NCBI GenBank assembly: GCA_947085205.1
Contig: CAMTVO010000010.1
Coordinates: 1 to 64,000, forward strand
DNA length: 64,000 nucleotides
Direction: 5' to 3'
From: an uncultured Nitrospiraceae bacterium
GTDB lineage: Bacteria > Nitrospirota > Thermodesulfovibrionia > Thermodesulfovibrionales > Dissulfurispiraceae
Positions 30,669 through 40,298 of the stretch are shown piece by piece (the stretch's first letter is position 1; each line of letters starts with the position of its first letter). Position numbers and translations under genes: made by a program. The notes beneath the pieces were generated by a model. It was not told where the DNA came from and ran no database searches. It was given only the letters and a program-made list of their open reading frames with translations.

Positions 30669-32110
30669 TGATAGCAGGCACCCACAGCGGCTGCGGCAAG
30701 ACGACCGTAACACTCGGCATCCTTGCGGCCTTAAAGAAAAAGGGATTGCATGTGCAGTCATTTAAGACAGGGCCTGATTTTATAGATGCAGGTCTTCACA
30801 GGCTCGTTACAGGCAGGCATGCAAGAAACCTTGATATATGGATGTGCGGAGAGGACTATGTAAAATCTTGTTTTTATAAACACGCTGCGGATGCCGATAT
30901 TTCGGTTGTGGAAGGCGTGATGGGCATGTATGATGGTGAGTTCAGCACAGCAATGCTTTCAACTATGCTAAACCTTCCAATAATCCTTGTTGTCGATGCT
31001 TATGGGATGGCCGAAAGCGCAGGCGCGGTTGTGAAAGGATTTGTGGAGTTCTGGAAAGAGAATACCCCCCCTGATATCCCCCCCTTATTAAGGGGGGGAA
31101 TAGGGGGAGTGATGGGTGTTATCTTCAATCGAGTCGCCTCAGAGAGCCACTTTAAAAGGCTCAAAAACAATGTTCAGGATGTGCCTGTTTTAGGTTATCT
31201 TCCGAGAAATCTGAATTTCGAGATTCCTCACCGACATTTGGGACTGACCGTTGCAGAAGAAAATCCGATTGCCTCCGAAAACATAGAAAGGCTTGCAGAT
31301 GCAGTGTTAGAACATATAGATGTTACCCTATTAGTGCGGAAGTGCGGAAGTGGCAATGTAAGGGCAGACCTGCGTGTCTGCCCAAAAGACAAAAAAGGCG
31401 AACACATAGGTTCGCCCCTACAAAGCTTCCGAACTTCTGACCTAAAGGTCGCCATTGCATACGACAAGGCATTCTGTTTTTATTATGAGGATAATCTTGA
31501 CTTACTAAAAGAAGCAGGCGCTGAAATAGTAACATTCAGCCCTCTCTCTGATTCAAGGATTCCTGATAATATTGATGCCTTATACATCGGCGGCGGTTAT
31601 CCGGAGCTTTGGGCAAAGGAATTATCACAAAACACATCAATGCTTAAAGCTGTCCACGACTGGGCAGATTCGGGAAGGCATGTATATGCAGAATGCGGAG
31701 GGTTGATGTACCTATCTCAAGGAATTCACGATTTTGACGGCAATTTCTTTAAAATGGCCGGTATTTTCCCATTTGAAACACAAATCCCCCCCTACCCACC
31801 TTTAGCAAAGGGGGGCAAGGGGGGATTGCGGCCTCATTTAGGCTACAGGGAAATCATTTTAAAAGAAGACTGTATCCTCGGCAAAAGCGGCTACAGATGC
31901 AGAGGGCACGAGTTCCATTATTCCGAGATAAAGCAGCCGGCAGTCGGCAACTGTTGCATTATCTTTAATAATAAAGGGCAGAATATGGGAAGTGAAGGGT
32001 ACAGGTATAAAAATACCATTGCGAGTTACATGCATGTGCATTACGGCAGCAATCCTGACATTGCAAGGAATTTTATAAATTTTATAAGGGAGACATCATG
32101 GAAAACATAA
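30653..32110 (+). CDS. cbiA: Cobyrinate a,c-diamide synthase
   Basis: SGCGKTT, GPDFID, EGVMGMYDG, RHLGL, AECGGLMYL, HEFHYS; cob operon context. Confidence 0.93.
   Translation: MPKGLVIAGTHSGCGKTTVTLGILAALKKKGLHVQSFKTGPDFIDAGLHRLVTGRHARNLDIWMCGEDYVKSCFYKHAADADISVVEGVMGMYDGEFSTAMLSTMLNLPIILVVDAYGMAESAGAVVKGFVEFWKENTPPDIPPLLRGGIGGVMGVIFNRVASESHFKRLKNNVQDVPVLGYLPRNLNFEIPHRHLGLTVAEENPIASENIERLADAVLEHIDVTLLVRKCGSGNVRADLRVCPKDKKGEHIGSPLQSFRTSDLKVAIAYDKAFCFYYEDNLDLLKEAGAEIVTFSPLSDSRIPDNIDALYIGGGYPELWAKELSQNTSMLKAVHDWADSGRHVYAECGGLMYLSQGIHDFDGNFFKMAGIFPFETQIPPYPPLAKGGKGGLRPHLGYREIILKEDCILGKSGYRCRGHEFHYSEIKQPAVGNCCIIFNNKGQNMGSEGYRYKNTIASYMHVHYGSNPDIARNFINFIRETSWKT
31358..31420. repeat. REP-like doublet inserted in frame in cbiA
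   Basis: GTAAGGGCAGACCTGCGTGTCTGCCC ... GGCGAACACATAGGTTCGCCCCTAC. The first arm is nearly identical to the REP inside the 14657..14809 MITE. Confidence 0.8.
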
Positions 32111-33135
32111 TACTCATAGGACACGGAAGCCCTAAAAAAGATGCTAATAACATCGAGCTCACAGGCAGGCTCCTGCACAGTGCAATTCATCCCAACTGTA
32201 ATAACAACTGCGTAAAGGTCGCGTACCTGCAGTTTGCAGAGCCTGAGATTGCAGACGCAATTAGAGATTGTGTCCAGAACGGCGCTAAAAGAATAATTCT
32301 GCATCCATATTTTTTAAGCAGCGGTATGCATGTTACAAAAGATATACCTGAAATAATAAAAGAATCTGAGAAGAAATATCCTGATACAGAATTTGTTTAT
32401 ACAGAGCCGCTCGGCATCCATGAGAAATTAGTCCATGTGGTAATCGAAAGGATATGCTCTGCAAACGGACTTCTGCCGCAGGAGATAGAAAAGAGGAGCT
32501 TTGAGATAATCTCCGAGGAAATTGATTTGAGCGGTGTGCCGCCAGAGCAGTTACCGATTATAAAACGGGTGATACACGCTACTGCTGATTTTGAATTCAA
32601 AAATACGCTTATGTTTCATCCCGATGCCATTAAAGCAGGGGTTGATGCAATACGTGCAGGAAAAGACATTCTCACTGATGTCGAAATGGTAAAGACAGGA
32701 ATAAACAGAAGGCTCCTCGAAAAATGGGGAGGACGAGTAATCTGCAATATACAGAAGACAGAAGACAGAAGGCAGAAGTCAGAAATTAAAACAAAGGCAG
32801 AGACCGGAATTGAAATAGCATTAAAAGAAAATAACAACATCGGAATAATAGCCATCGGCAATGCCCCGACTGCCCTGCTTAAGACAATTGAGCTTTTAAA
32901 CTCCGAACTCCGAACGGCTCGACTGAGCTCGCCGAAGTCTCCGAACTCTGAACTTTTAGTTATCGGCGTTCCAGTAGGCTTTGTCAAAGCGCTCGAATCA
33001 AAGGCGCTGCTCGCAGCGCAGAAATTCCCGTTTATAACAAACTTGAGCAGAAAGGGCGGCACTCCTGTGGCAGTCGCAATAATAAACGCATTATTAAAAA
33101 TAGAGGCTCTTTCTCAAATTGAGTGGGTAACATAG
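32098..33135 (+). CDS. cbiX-cbiC: CbiX cobaltochelatase - CbiC precorrin-8X methylmutase fusion
   Basis: N-terminal IGHGSP...PYFLSSGMHVTKDIP; C-terminal RVIHATADF, IGNAPTAL, PVGFV, RKGGTPVA. Confidence 0.9.
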   Translation: MENIILIGHGSPKKDANNIELTGRLLHSAIHPNCNNNCVKVAYLQFAEPEIADAIRDCVQNGAKRIILHPYFLSSGMHVTKDIPEIIKESEKKYPDTEFVYTEPLGIHEKLVHVVIERICSANGLLPQEIEKRSFEIISEEIDLSGVPPEQLPIIKRVIHATADFEFKNTLMFHPDAIKAGVDAIRAGKDILTDVEMVKTGINRRLLEKWGGRVICNIQKTEDRRQKSEIKTKAETGIEIALKENNNIGIIAIGNAPTALLKTIELLNSELRTARLSSPKSPNSELLVIGVPVGFVKALESKALLAAQKFPFITNLSRKGGTPVAVAIINALLKIEALSQIEWVT

Positions 33136-33139
33136 ACTA

Positions 33140-33296
33140 TCCACTCCTTCTTAACCGGGGAGACAACCCAAATATTCCCTCCCCATTTGACGGGGGAGGG
33201 TGGGGGTGATAGAATGTTGTTTTCACCCTCCCCTTAATCCCCTCCCGTCAAGGGAGGGGAAACTAAAAGGAGTGTCTCCCGTCAAGGGTGGGGAAT
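33140..33296. repeat. Cluster of C-run/G-run hairpin repeats
   Basis: CCCTCCCCATTTGACGGGGGAGGG, CCCCTCCCGTCAAGGGGAGGGG and further partial copies. Confidence 0.75.
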
Positions 33297-33363
33297 TTAT
33301 CCACTTGAAATGAGAAAGAGCCAAAACTTTTGACAATACGATTAAAAACCGAGGAGGTTTATT

Positions 33364-34308
33364 ATGTCAGATTCATTATATGATGTAATTATAATCGGCG
33401 GAGGGCCTGCAGGGCTCAGCGCTGCGCAGTATACATCGAGGGCAAAATTGAAAACAGTGGTGCTCGATAAATCTGCCGCTGCAGGCGCTCTTGCCTTTGC
33501 GAGCCTTATCGAAAACTATCCCGGGCTCGAAAGAACTTTAACAGGCAAAGAGCTTCTTGATATATTCCGCAAGCAAGCATTAGATTTCGGTGCAGAGTAT
33601 ATAGAGGCTCAGGTCATCGGCGTATCCCTTGAAGGTGAAGTAAAAGAAGTCTTCACAATGGATAAGACTTACCAGTGCAAGACCGTTATCATTGCTACAG
33701 GCTCTATGGGAAGAAAGCCGACCATCAGAGGAGAGGCTGAATTTTTAGGCAGGGGTGTGAGTTATTGCGCTGTCTGCGATGCTGCTTTTTTCAAGGGGAA
33801 GACGGTTTGTGTTCTTGGTGATTCTGAGGAGGCAGCTAAAGAAGCAGGTTATCTGGCAAAGTTTGCAGAGACCGTTTATCTTTTATCGCCGTCGAAAAAA
33901 CTCAAGGTGGATGACGACTATCCAGCTTTGAAGATGGAGAATATCAAAGTTGTTTTAGGGCATATGGTGTCATCCATCGAAGGCAGCGAGCTTGTGGAAA
34001 GGATAAGGCTGAGGGATATAGAGGGAAATGAAAGCACTATCGAGCTTTCGGGGGTTTTTGTATATCTTCACGGAAGTAAGCCCGTAATCGATTTCCTTCA
34101 GGGTTCTATTGAGGTTTCTGAGGATGAGTGTGTATCTGCGAACAAGATGATGGAGACGAATATTCCGGGTGTATTCAGCGCAGGGGATGTGACATGCACA
34201 GAAGTGCGGCAGGTCGTGGTTGCTGCGGCGCACGGGTGTATTGCAGCACTTTCTGCGGAGAAGTATATTTTTCACAGGAAGAGAAGGAGATACGACTGGC
34301 ATGGATAA
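33364..34308 (+). CDS. trxB: Thioredoxin reductase
   Basis: GGGPAGL, IENYPG, GVSYCAVCD, GVFSAGD. Confidence 0.9.
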   Translation: MSDSLYDVIIIGGGPAGLSAAQYTSRAKLKTVVLDKSAAAGALAFASLIENYPGLERTLTGKELLDIFRKQALDFGAEYIEAQVIGVSLEGEVKEVFTMDKTYQCKTVIIATGSMGRKPTIRGEAEFLGRGVSYCAVCDAAFFKGKTVCVLGDSEEAAKEAGYLAKFAETVYLLSPSKKLKVDDDYPALKMENIKVVLGHMVSSIEGSELVERIRLRDIEGNESTIELSGVFVYLHGSKPVIDFLQGSIEVSEDECVSANKMMETNIPGVFSAGDVTCTEVRQVVVAAAHGCIAALSAEKYIFHRKRRRYDWHG

Positions 34309-34394
34309 TACAAATGGAGTGCCGGAGTAATGGGGTAATGGTCTATTTATAAAAATCCATGAGCCATTGCTCACAAATGGGTAATGAAGATCAG

Positions 34395-34423
34395 AAAGGA
34401 GGCTACTGACACAGCCTCCTTTT
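34395..34423 (+). terminator. Hairpin/terminator after trxB
   Basis: AAAGGAGGCT-ACTGACAC-AGCCTCCTTTT. Confidence 0.55.
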
Positions 34424-34438
34424 GAGAGGTATTTTTAG

Positions 34439-34840
34439 GTGAAAAATGATGAGCTTAAAATAATGATTTTGGACTACATGGAGAAGGGATTTCTTGAGAA
34501 TATCATCGATATGTTCAAGCACGACGAGAGCCTCTTTCCGCTGATAATCGATATGATTAAAGACGAAAGGGTGCGTGTAAGGCTTGGCGCTACAGCGCTT
34601 GTGGAGGAACTGATAAAGCAGAAGCCGGAGCCTCTTGTAAGGCTAATACCTGATATTGCGATACTCTTAAAATACGAAAATCCTACTGTCCGAGGAGACG
34701 CAGCTTATCTTCTCGGCATCATAAGGCATAAGGATGCACTGTCTTTTCTTGTCGATGTTGAAAATGACGAAGACCCAAGTGTTAAAGAGATTGTAAGAGA
34801 TGCCATGCAGGACATAAAATCTATCGTTTCTGCAAACTGA
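34439..34840 (+). CDS. HEAT-repeat protein
   Basis: DERVRVRLGA, ENPTVRGDAAYLLG, DEDPSVKEIV repeats. Confidence 0.8.
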   Translation: MKNDELKIMILDYMEKGFLENIIDMFKHDESLFPLIIDMIKDERVRVRLGATALVEELIKQKPEPLVRLIPDIAILLKYENPTVRGDAAYLLGIIRHKDALSFLVDVENDEDPSVKEIVRDAMQDIKSIVSAN

Positions 34841-34981
34841 TATATTTGAGAAGACCCATGATTACCCTAAAACAGAGATAGAAAATTGTTTTCCAAGTAA
34901 ACCCAGCACTTTCCAGCAACCTAATCGTCAGGCTATAATATCAATTCTGCTATAATAAACAATTCATCTAAGGAGAGCGTA

Positions 34982-36868
34982 TTGTCTACCGCAATATTAT
35001 ACATAACCAACAACGGCCTCACTCTTGCAAAAAGGCTTAAGGGACTTTATCCAGATGCAAAAATTTTAAAATTTAAATCAGAAGCTGTTTCTGAATTCTG
35101 GAATGAGTACAGAAATCTCATATTCATTATGGCATCAGGCATCGTTGTCAGAACTATTGCGCCTCTCATAAAAGACAAGAAAACAGACCCTGCAGTTGTT
35201 GTGATAGATGAAGTAGGAAAATTTGCCATAAGCCTTTTAAGCGGCCATCTCGGCGGAGCTAATAAAATTGCCGAGGCTATTGCAGACTTTTTGGGCGGCG
35301 AGGCAGTCGTTACAACTGCATCTGATGTAAACAATATGCCCCCCATAGACTTGTGGGCAAGGGAGAATAATTTCGTTATCGATGATTGGGATATCCTCCC
35401 GCAAGTAGGCACAAGGCTTATAAACAGCGGTGCATTAAGAGTATATACAGAAGTCGAAATAAAGATTCCCGATGAGTTTTTAAAGGTTGCAGAGCCGAGA
35501 TTCGGGGATGTGCTTATTACAAACAGAAAGGATGTGTATCTCAGTCGTCCGACATGCAATTATGCGGCAGGAGAGCAGTGCTCCACAAGTGCATGCAGAG
35601 TAAAAAGCCAGCTTTATCTCCGCCCAAGAAATCTTGTTGTAGGAATCGGCTGCAACAGCGGCACATCAGAGAAAGAGATAGAGGATGCTGTCAAAAAAAC
35701 ATTGGAAGAAAACAATCTATCATTTTCCTCTATTCATTCTATCGCAACCATAGATATAAAGGCTAATGAGCATGGACTCGCAGCATTTGCCAAGAGACAC
35801 AATTTTGAGATTAATGCCTTTACTCCAGATGAATTAAACACTGTTCAGAGAGTAGAAAAGTCAGAGGCTGCATTTAAGGCGACCGGCGCCATAGGTGTGG
35901 CAGAGCCTGCAGCAATAATCTCATCCGGTAACGACAAACTGCTCGTTCAAAAACAAAAAATCGGGAATGTAACAGTTGCAATAGCAGAAAAGCGGTCAGC
36001 GGTCAGCGGTCAGCAGTCAGAGAAAAAAGGCAAAGTCTACATCATCGGGACCGGCCCTGGGAGCATCGAACATATCACTCCTTATGCCAGAAATGCCATT
36101 AGAAAATCAGATGTAATAGTTGGATATGATACCTATTTGGATTTGATAAGAGAGTTAATAAATGATAAAGAGATTGTTTCTACAGGAATGACCCAGGAAA
36201 TAGACAGATGTAAAAAAGCAGTGGAACTTGCCATAGAAGGAAAGACTGTTTCGGTGATAAGCAGTGGAGATCCGGGAATATATGCCATGGCAGGACTGGT
36301 GTTTGAGATCATCAGAGCGATAGAGCGACAGAGCGGCAGTGCAGAATATCCTAATAAAAATTTTTTACCTGATGAACTGTCGCACTGTAGCGCTGCCGCA
36401 CTATCTGTAGAAGTAATTCCCGGCATTTCTGCCCTGAATGCCTGTGCAGCAAGACTTGGCGCGCCTCTTATGCATGACTTCGCAGTGATAAGCCTTTCAG
36501 ACAAGCTTACACCGTGGGAATTGATAGAGAAAAGAATTACATCAGCCGCAATGTCGGATTTTGTAACTGTTCTCTATAATCCCAAAAGCATGGGCAGGCC
36601 GGAACATATTAATAAGGCAAGAGCGATATTCTTTAAATATAGAAGTGCCGAGACTCCTGTTGGCATAGTCAAAGGCGCGATGAGAGAAGATGAGAGTGTT
36701 ATTATCACAAACCTTAGAGACATGCTCAATTATGATATTGACATGCAGACAACAGTGATAATAGGTAATTCACAGACCTTTACATGGAATAACCGGATGA
36801 TTACACCGAGGGGTTATGAAAAAAAGTGGAGCAATGGAGTTATGGAGCAATGGGGACTAAAAGGTTAA
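34982..36868 (+). CDS. cbiG-cbiH: CbiG cobalt-precorrin-5A hydrolase - CbiH C17-methyltransferase fusion
   Basis: DKKTDPAVVV, SGHLGGAN, GIGC, GVAEPAA; then GTGPG, SSGDPGIYAMAG, LYNPKS, ITPRGY. Confidence 0.92.
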   Translation: MSTAILYITNNGLTLAKRLKGLYPDAKILKFKSEAVSEFWNEYRNLIFIMASGIVVRTIAPLIKDKKTDPAVVVIDEVGKFAISLLSGHLGGANKIAEAIADFLGGEAVVTTASDVNNMPPIDLWARENNFVIDDWDILPQVGTRLINSGALRVYTEVEIKIPDEFLKVAEPRFGDVLITNRKDVYLSRPTCNYAAGEQCSTSACRVKSQLYLRPRNLVVGIGCNSGTSEKEIEDAVKKTLEENNLSFSSIHSIATIDIKANEHGLAAFAKRHNFEINAFTPDELNTVQRVEKSEAAFKATGAIGVAEPAAIISSGNDKLLVQKQKIGNVTVAIAEKRSAVSGQQSEKKGKVYIIGTGPGSIEHITPYARNAIRKSDVIVGYDTYLDLIRELINDKEIVSTGMTQEIDRCKKAVELAIEGKTVSVISSGDPGIYAMAGLVFEIIRAIERQSGSAEYPNKNFLPDELSHCSAAALSVEVIPGISALNACAARLGAPLMHDFAVISLSDKLTPWELIEKRITSAAMSDFVTVLYNPKSMGRPEHINKARAIFFKYRSAETPVGIVKGAMREDESVIITNLRDMLNYDIDMQTTVIIGNSQTFTWNNRMITPRGYEKKWSNGVMEQWGLKG

Positions 36869-38166
36869 AATCTGTTGCTTTTCTCTGGGACGAATCGTTT
36901 TTATGGGGATTGATGGCCTATAAAGCCATGCAATTCAACAACCTCTCATTTGAACTTTTACGGGCAGCGGACATAAAAAAAGGAAAACTCAAAAATTACA
37001 GAATGCTCTTTGTACCCGGAGGCTGGGCATCGAACAAGCTAAAAACCCTTGGCGATGAGGGCATCAGCGAGATAAAAAAATTTGTGAACAGAGGCGGCAA
37101 CTATCTCGGATTCTGCGGAGGCGCTGGTCTTGCAACACTTGATGGCATAGGTCTCTTAAATATAAAAAGGATGCCCACAAAGCAGAGAGTGCCGAGCTTC
37201 AGCGGAAGAATTCATTTGAATGTAACTGAACATCCAATCTGGAAAAATCTCATTAACTCATCACTCCATAACTCCATAACTCCATCACCCATTTTTCATG
37301 CTTGGTGGCCTTCGCAGTTCTTAATAGAAGACAGGGGCATAAAAATACTCGCCACGTACGGAGACGCGCTGCCGGATTCTTTCAGTTCTGATTTGAATGT
37401 AGGCGACATGGAAGCTAACGGCGGCTGGCTGGAAATGGAGGAGATTTATAAAATTAATCTCGACCCTAAAAGACTGAAGAACGAACCAGCAGTAATAGAA
37501 GGCGCTTTCGGAAAAGGCAAAGTAATATTATCACTTATCCACTTCGATACCCCTGATGATAAGAATGGAGCAAAGGAATTAAAGAATTTGTGGAAATATC
37601 TTTTGGGGAACTATAAAGCTATAAAGCCCTTAAACGATGCACTAATCGCCCCATCACTCCATTACTCCATTGCTCCATCACTTCTTGACGAACTTGAGTC
37701 ATCAGTTAATGACCTAATTAACCACGGCATGCGGAATTTTCTATGGTTTTGGCGAAATCCGATGCTTTTGCAGTGGAGAAGAGGAGTAAGAGGACTTGAA
37801 TGCTGCACGCTCTATATAATAGTAAAGGAGATTGCTGAGATAGTTAAAAACTGTGATGCGTTATCCGTGATGCGTGATGGAGTAAAAGAAAAGTTTTTAA
37901 ACTCATTACCCATTACGGATTACTTATTACGCATAAGAGAATTGCTAATACCCTTTGTAGATAATGCAAAACGGCTTCTGATTTTGGAAAGGCATGCCAT
38001 GCAGAATGGGTATATAACATACGAAAAATGCAATGACCCGGAGATACAGAAAATCAGGACAGAGCTTTTTTCCAACTCAAAGAGTCATGGAGGATTGTTT
38101 AAAAGGCTTATAGATGAGGTTGATAATGTTTTATATGCATTAATAAAAAATAAGGAGGCGCAATGA
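36826..38166 (+). CDS. BPL_N-like (class I glutamine amidotransferase-like) protein of unknown function
   Basis: LFVPGG...FVNRGGNYLGFCGGAGLA and GKGKVILS..HFD. Stop overlaps the next ATG. The true start may be 36850. Confidence 0.7.
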   Translation: MEQWSYGAMGTKRLKSVAFLWDESFLWGLMAYKAMQFNNLSFELLRAADIKKGKLKNYRMLFVPGGWASNKLKTLGDEGISEIKKFVNRGGNYLGFCGGAGLATLDGIGLLNIKRMPTKQRVPSFSGRIHLNVTEHPIWKNLINSSLHNSITPSPIFHAWWPSQFLIEDRGIKILATYGDALPDSFSSDLNVGDMEANGGWLEMEEIYKINLDPKRLKNEPAVIEGAFGKGKVILSLIHFDTPDDKNGAKELKNLWKYLLGNYKAIKPLNDALIAPSLHYSIAPSLLDELESSVNDLINHGMRNFLWFWRNPMLLQWRRGVRGLECCTLYIIVKEIAEIVKNCDALSVMRDGVKEKFLNSLPITDYLLRIRELLIPFVDNAKRLLILERHAMQNGYITYEKCNDPEIQKIRTELFSNSKSHGGLFKRLIDEVDNVLYALIKNKEAQ

Positions 38167-39464
38167 CACAGCTTCAAATGGCAGTAAGAGGAGAAGTTAC
38201 AACAGAGATAACAAAAGTAGCAGCAGATGAGGGCATTGACCCTGAGATTGTAAAAACAAGGGTTGCATCAGGAAAGATTGTTATTCCTGCAAACAGAAAC
38301 AGAAAAAATACGATTGTCGGCATCGGCAAGGGATTAAGGACAAAGATAAACGCATCCATCGGCTCATCAACAGATATCGCAGACATACTCATGGAAGTAG
38401 AAAAGGCAAAGGTGGCAGAAGAGTACGGCGCAGATACATTGATGGACTTAAGCGTTGGAGGAGATGTGCGCGGAATAAGAAGGGCAGTAATGGAGGCTAT
38501 TAATCTGCCAATAGGCACTGTTCCCCTTTATGAGGCATTTGCCATTGCCATAGAAAGATACGGCGGCGCTGTAAATATGCCTGAAGAGTTGCTCTGGGAA
38601 ATACTCGAAATGCAATGTGAAGAGGGGGTCGCATTCATGGCAATCCACTGCGGTATTAATCTTATGACCATAGAGCGTCTGAAAAAACAGGGCTATCGCT
38701 ATGGAGGACTTGTATCAAAGGGAGGTTCGTATCTCACAGCATGGATGCTCCATAACAATAAAGAAAATCCATTGTACGAAAAATTCGACAGGGTTGTTGA
38801 GATATTGAAAAAGCATGATGTAGTGCTGAGCCTCGGAAACGGCTTCAGGGCAGGCGCAATACATGACTCCAGTGATAGAGTCCAAATTCAGGAACTCATT
38901 ATAAACTGCGAGCTTGCAGAGATCGGAAGAAATATGGGATGCCAGACAATGGTTGAAGGCCCCGGACACATTCCCATTGACGAGATAGAGGCAAATGTAC
39001 TTCTCGAAAAGAAGATGAGCGGAGAATCACCGTTTTATATGTTAGGCCCTATAACCACAGACATTGCGCCCGGATATGACCATATAACATCAGCCATTGG
39101 CGCAGCCCTTTCATCTGCCTATGGCGCGGACTTTATCTGTTATGTTACGCCCGCAGAGCATTTAGGGCTGCCATTTCCAGAGGATGTTAAGCAGGGTGTT
39201 ATTACAGCAAGGATTGCAGCATATATCGGAGATATGGTCAAACTGAAAAAACGGGACAGGGACAAGGAGATGTCCATTGCAAGGAGAGACCTCGACTGGC
39301 AGAAGCAGTTCGAACTGGCAATCGCAAAGGACGAGGCAATAAGGATCAGAAGTGAAAGACAGCCGTCCTTCGAAGACTCATGCACCATGTGCGGCCAGTT
39401 CTGCGCATCAAGAATACTGAAGGGAATGTTTGATGATGAAATAAAGAGAGGTGGAAAACTTTAA
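38163..39464 (+). CDS. bzaF: ThiC-family radical SAM enzyme, probably 5-hydroxybenzimidazole synthase
   Basis: ThiC fold (EGPGH, C-terminal CTMCGQFC) with KINASIG, GYRYGGLVSKGG and SLGNGFRAG rather than ThiC SLGDGLRPG. Lies at the end of the cobamide gene run. Confidence 0.75.
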   Translation: MTQLQMAVRGEVTTEITKVAADEGIDPEIVKTRVASGKIVIPANRNRKNTIVGIGKGLRTKINASIGSSTDIADILMEVEKAKVAEEYGADTLMDLSVGGDVRGIRRAVMEAINLPIGTVPLYEAFAIAIERYGGAVNMPEELLWEILEMQCEEGVAFMAIHCGINLMTIERLKKQGYRYGGLVSKGGSYLTAWMLHNNKENPLYEKFDRVVEILKKHDVVLSLGNGFRAGAIHDSSDRVQIQELIINCELAEIGRNMGCQTMVEGPGHIPIDEIEANVLLEKKMSGESPFYMLGPITTDIAPGYDHITSAIGAALSSAYGADFICYVTPAEHLGLPFPEDVKQGVITARIAAYIGDMVKLKKRDRDKEMSIARRDLDWQKQFELAIAKDEAIRIRSERQPSFEDSCTMCGQFCASRILKGMFDDEIKRGGKL

Positions 39465-39505
39465 AGGTATTTCACTGTATTTCCTTAATTATCAGCATTT
39501 TTCTA

Positions 39506-39535
39506 TTGACAAGTATAGCTTATAACTGGTATAAA
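39506..39535 (+). promoter_or_regulatory. Sigma70-type promoter of dsrH-E-F-tusA
   Basis: TTGACA-18 nt-TATAAA with an extended -10 TG. Confidence 0.6.
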
Positions 39536-39624
39536 GTCATGTTTATTTTTGATTGTGGACCTCAGATTTCAGATTTTAAAAATCTAAAATCATAAATTAT
39601 AAATCTAAAACTGGAGGTGTTAAA

Positions 39625-39921
39625 ATGAGGCTTGGTGTTTTTATGAGCGATTTAAGGATTGGATCTGATATCCTTGACAGGTTAAGTGCCGAAAAACTCG
39701 GTATTATCCTTGTTGGTAATGGCGTCTATCATGCAACTGTTAAGGAAAACGGTAGAGGTTCTTCCATTCTCGACAAATCTGCGACTTTCTATGTACTTAC
39801 AGAAGACATGGAAAGCCGTGGGCTAAGCTCTGCAAGTGTAGACAGTCGCGTAAAGCCTGTCACTTACAGTGATGTGGTTGACCTCATATTCGATGACTAC
39901 GAAAAAATAATATGGATATAA
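39625..39921 (+). CDS. dsrH: DsrH/TusB-like sulfur relay protein
   Basis: ILVGNGVY, YVLTEDMESRG, VTYSDVVDL...IIW. Confidence 0.75.
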   Translation: MRLGVFMSDLRIGSDILDRLSAEKLGIILVGNGVYHATVKENGRGSSILDKSATFYVLTEDMESRGLSSASVDSRVKPVTYSDVVDLIFDDYEKIIWI

Positions 39922-39934
39922 AAAGGAGGCAGTT

Positions 39935-40297
39935 ATGGGAAAATTAACAATTGGCTGCTTTTCATCATTAGTGGGTTCATTGTCCCTTGACTTTGCAGTA
40001 AAGCTCTCGGAAGTAGCCGTAAAAAAAGGCCATAAGGTCGATTTATGGGTATCAGGAAACGCTACAATGCTTTCAAAAAAGGGTCAGAGGGCTTTTAAGG
40101 ATTATTCATCTCTCCAGAAGACATTAAAAGAATTATTGGAAACCGGCAGCTTTCAGATGACAGCCTGCGAGGCATGTGCCGAGGCAAGAGGTTATCACAA
40201 GGAAGACACAATGGAAGGCTGTAAAAGGTTTAGTATGGACTGGTATCTTGCAAGCTGTTTCAGTGCAGATAGAGTGCTTCTCATAGGAGGTGATTAA
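39935..40297 (+). CDS. dsrE: DsrE/TusD-like sulfurtransferase
   Basis: KGHKV.LW.SGNA, ACEACAEARG (active-site Cys position), ADRVL. Confidence 0.78.
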   Translation: MGKLTIGCFSSLVGSLSLDFAVKLSEVAVKKGHKVDLWVSGNATMLSKKGQRAFKDYSSLQKTLKELLETGSFQMTACEACAEARGYHKEDTMEGCKRFSMDWYLASCFSADRVLLIGGD

Positions 40298-40298
40298 T

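Noticed and set aside
29998..31827. Phase-variable homopolymer tracts or frameshifts in cob genes
   Set aside because: The C and G runs are arms of hairpin elements and the frames are intact; slippage cannot be judged from one consensus.
38163..39464. thiC (thiamine biosynthesis)
   Set aside because: Motif variants and cobamide context favour BzaF, and no TPP riboswitch or thi genes are nearby. Not excluded without an HMM test.
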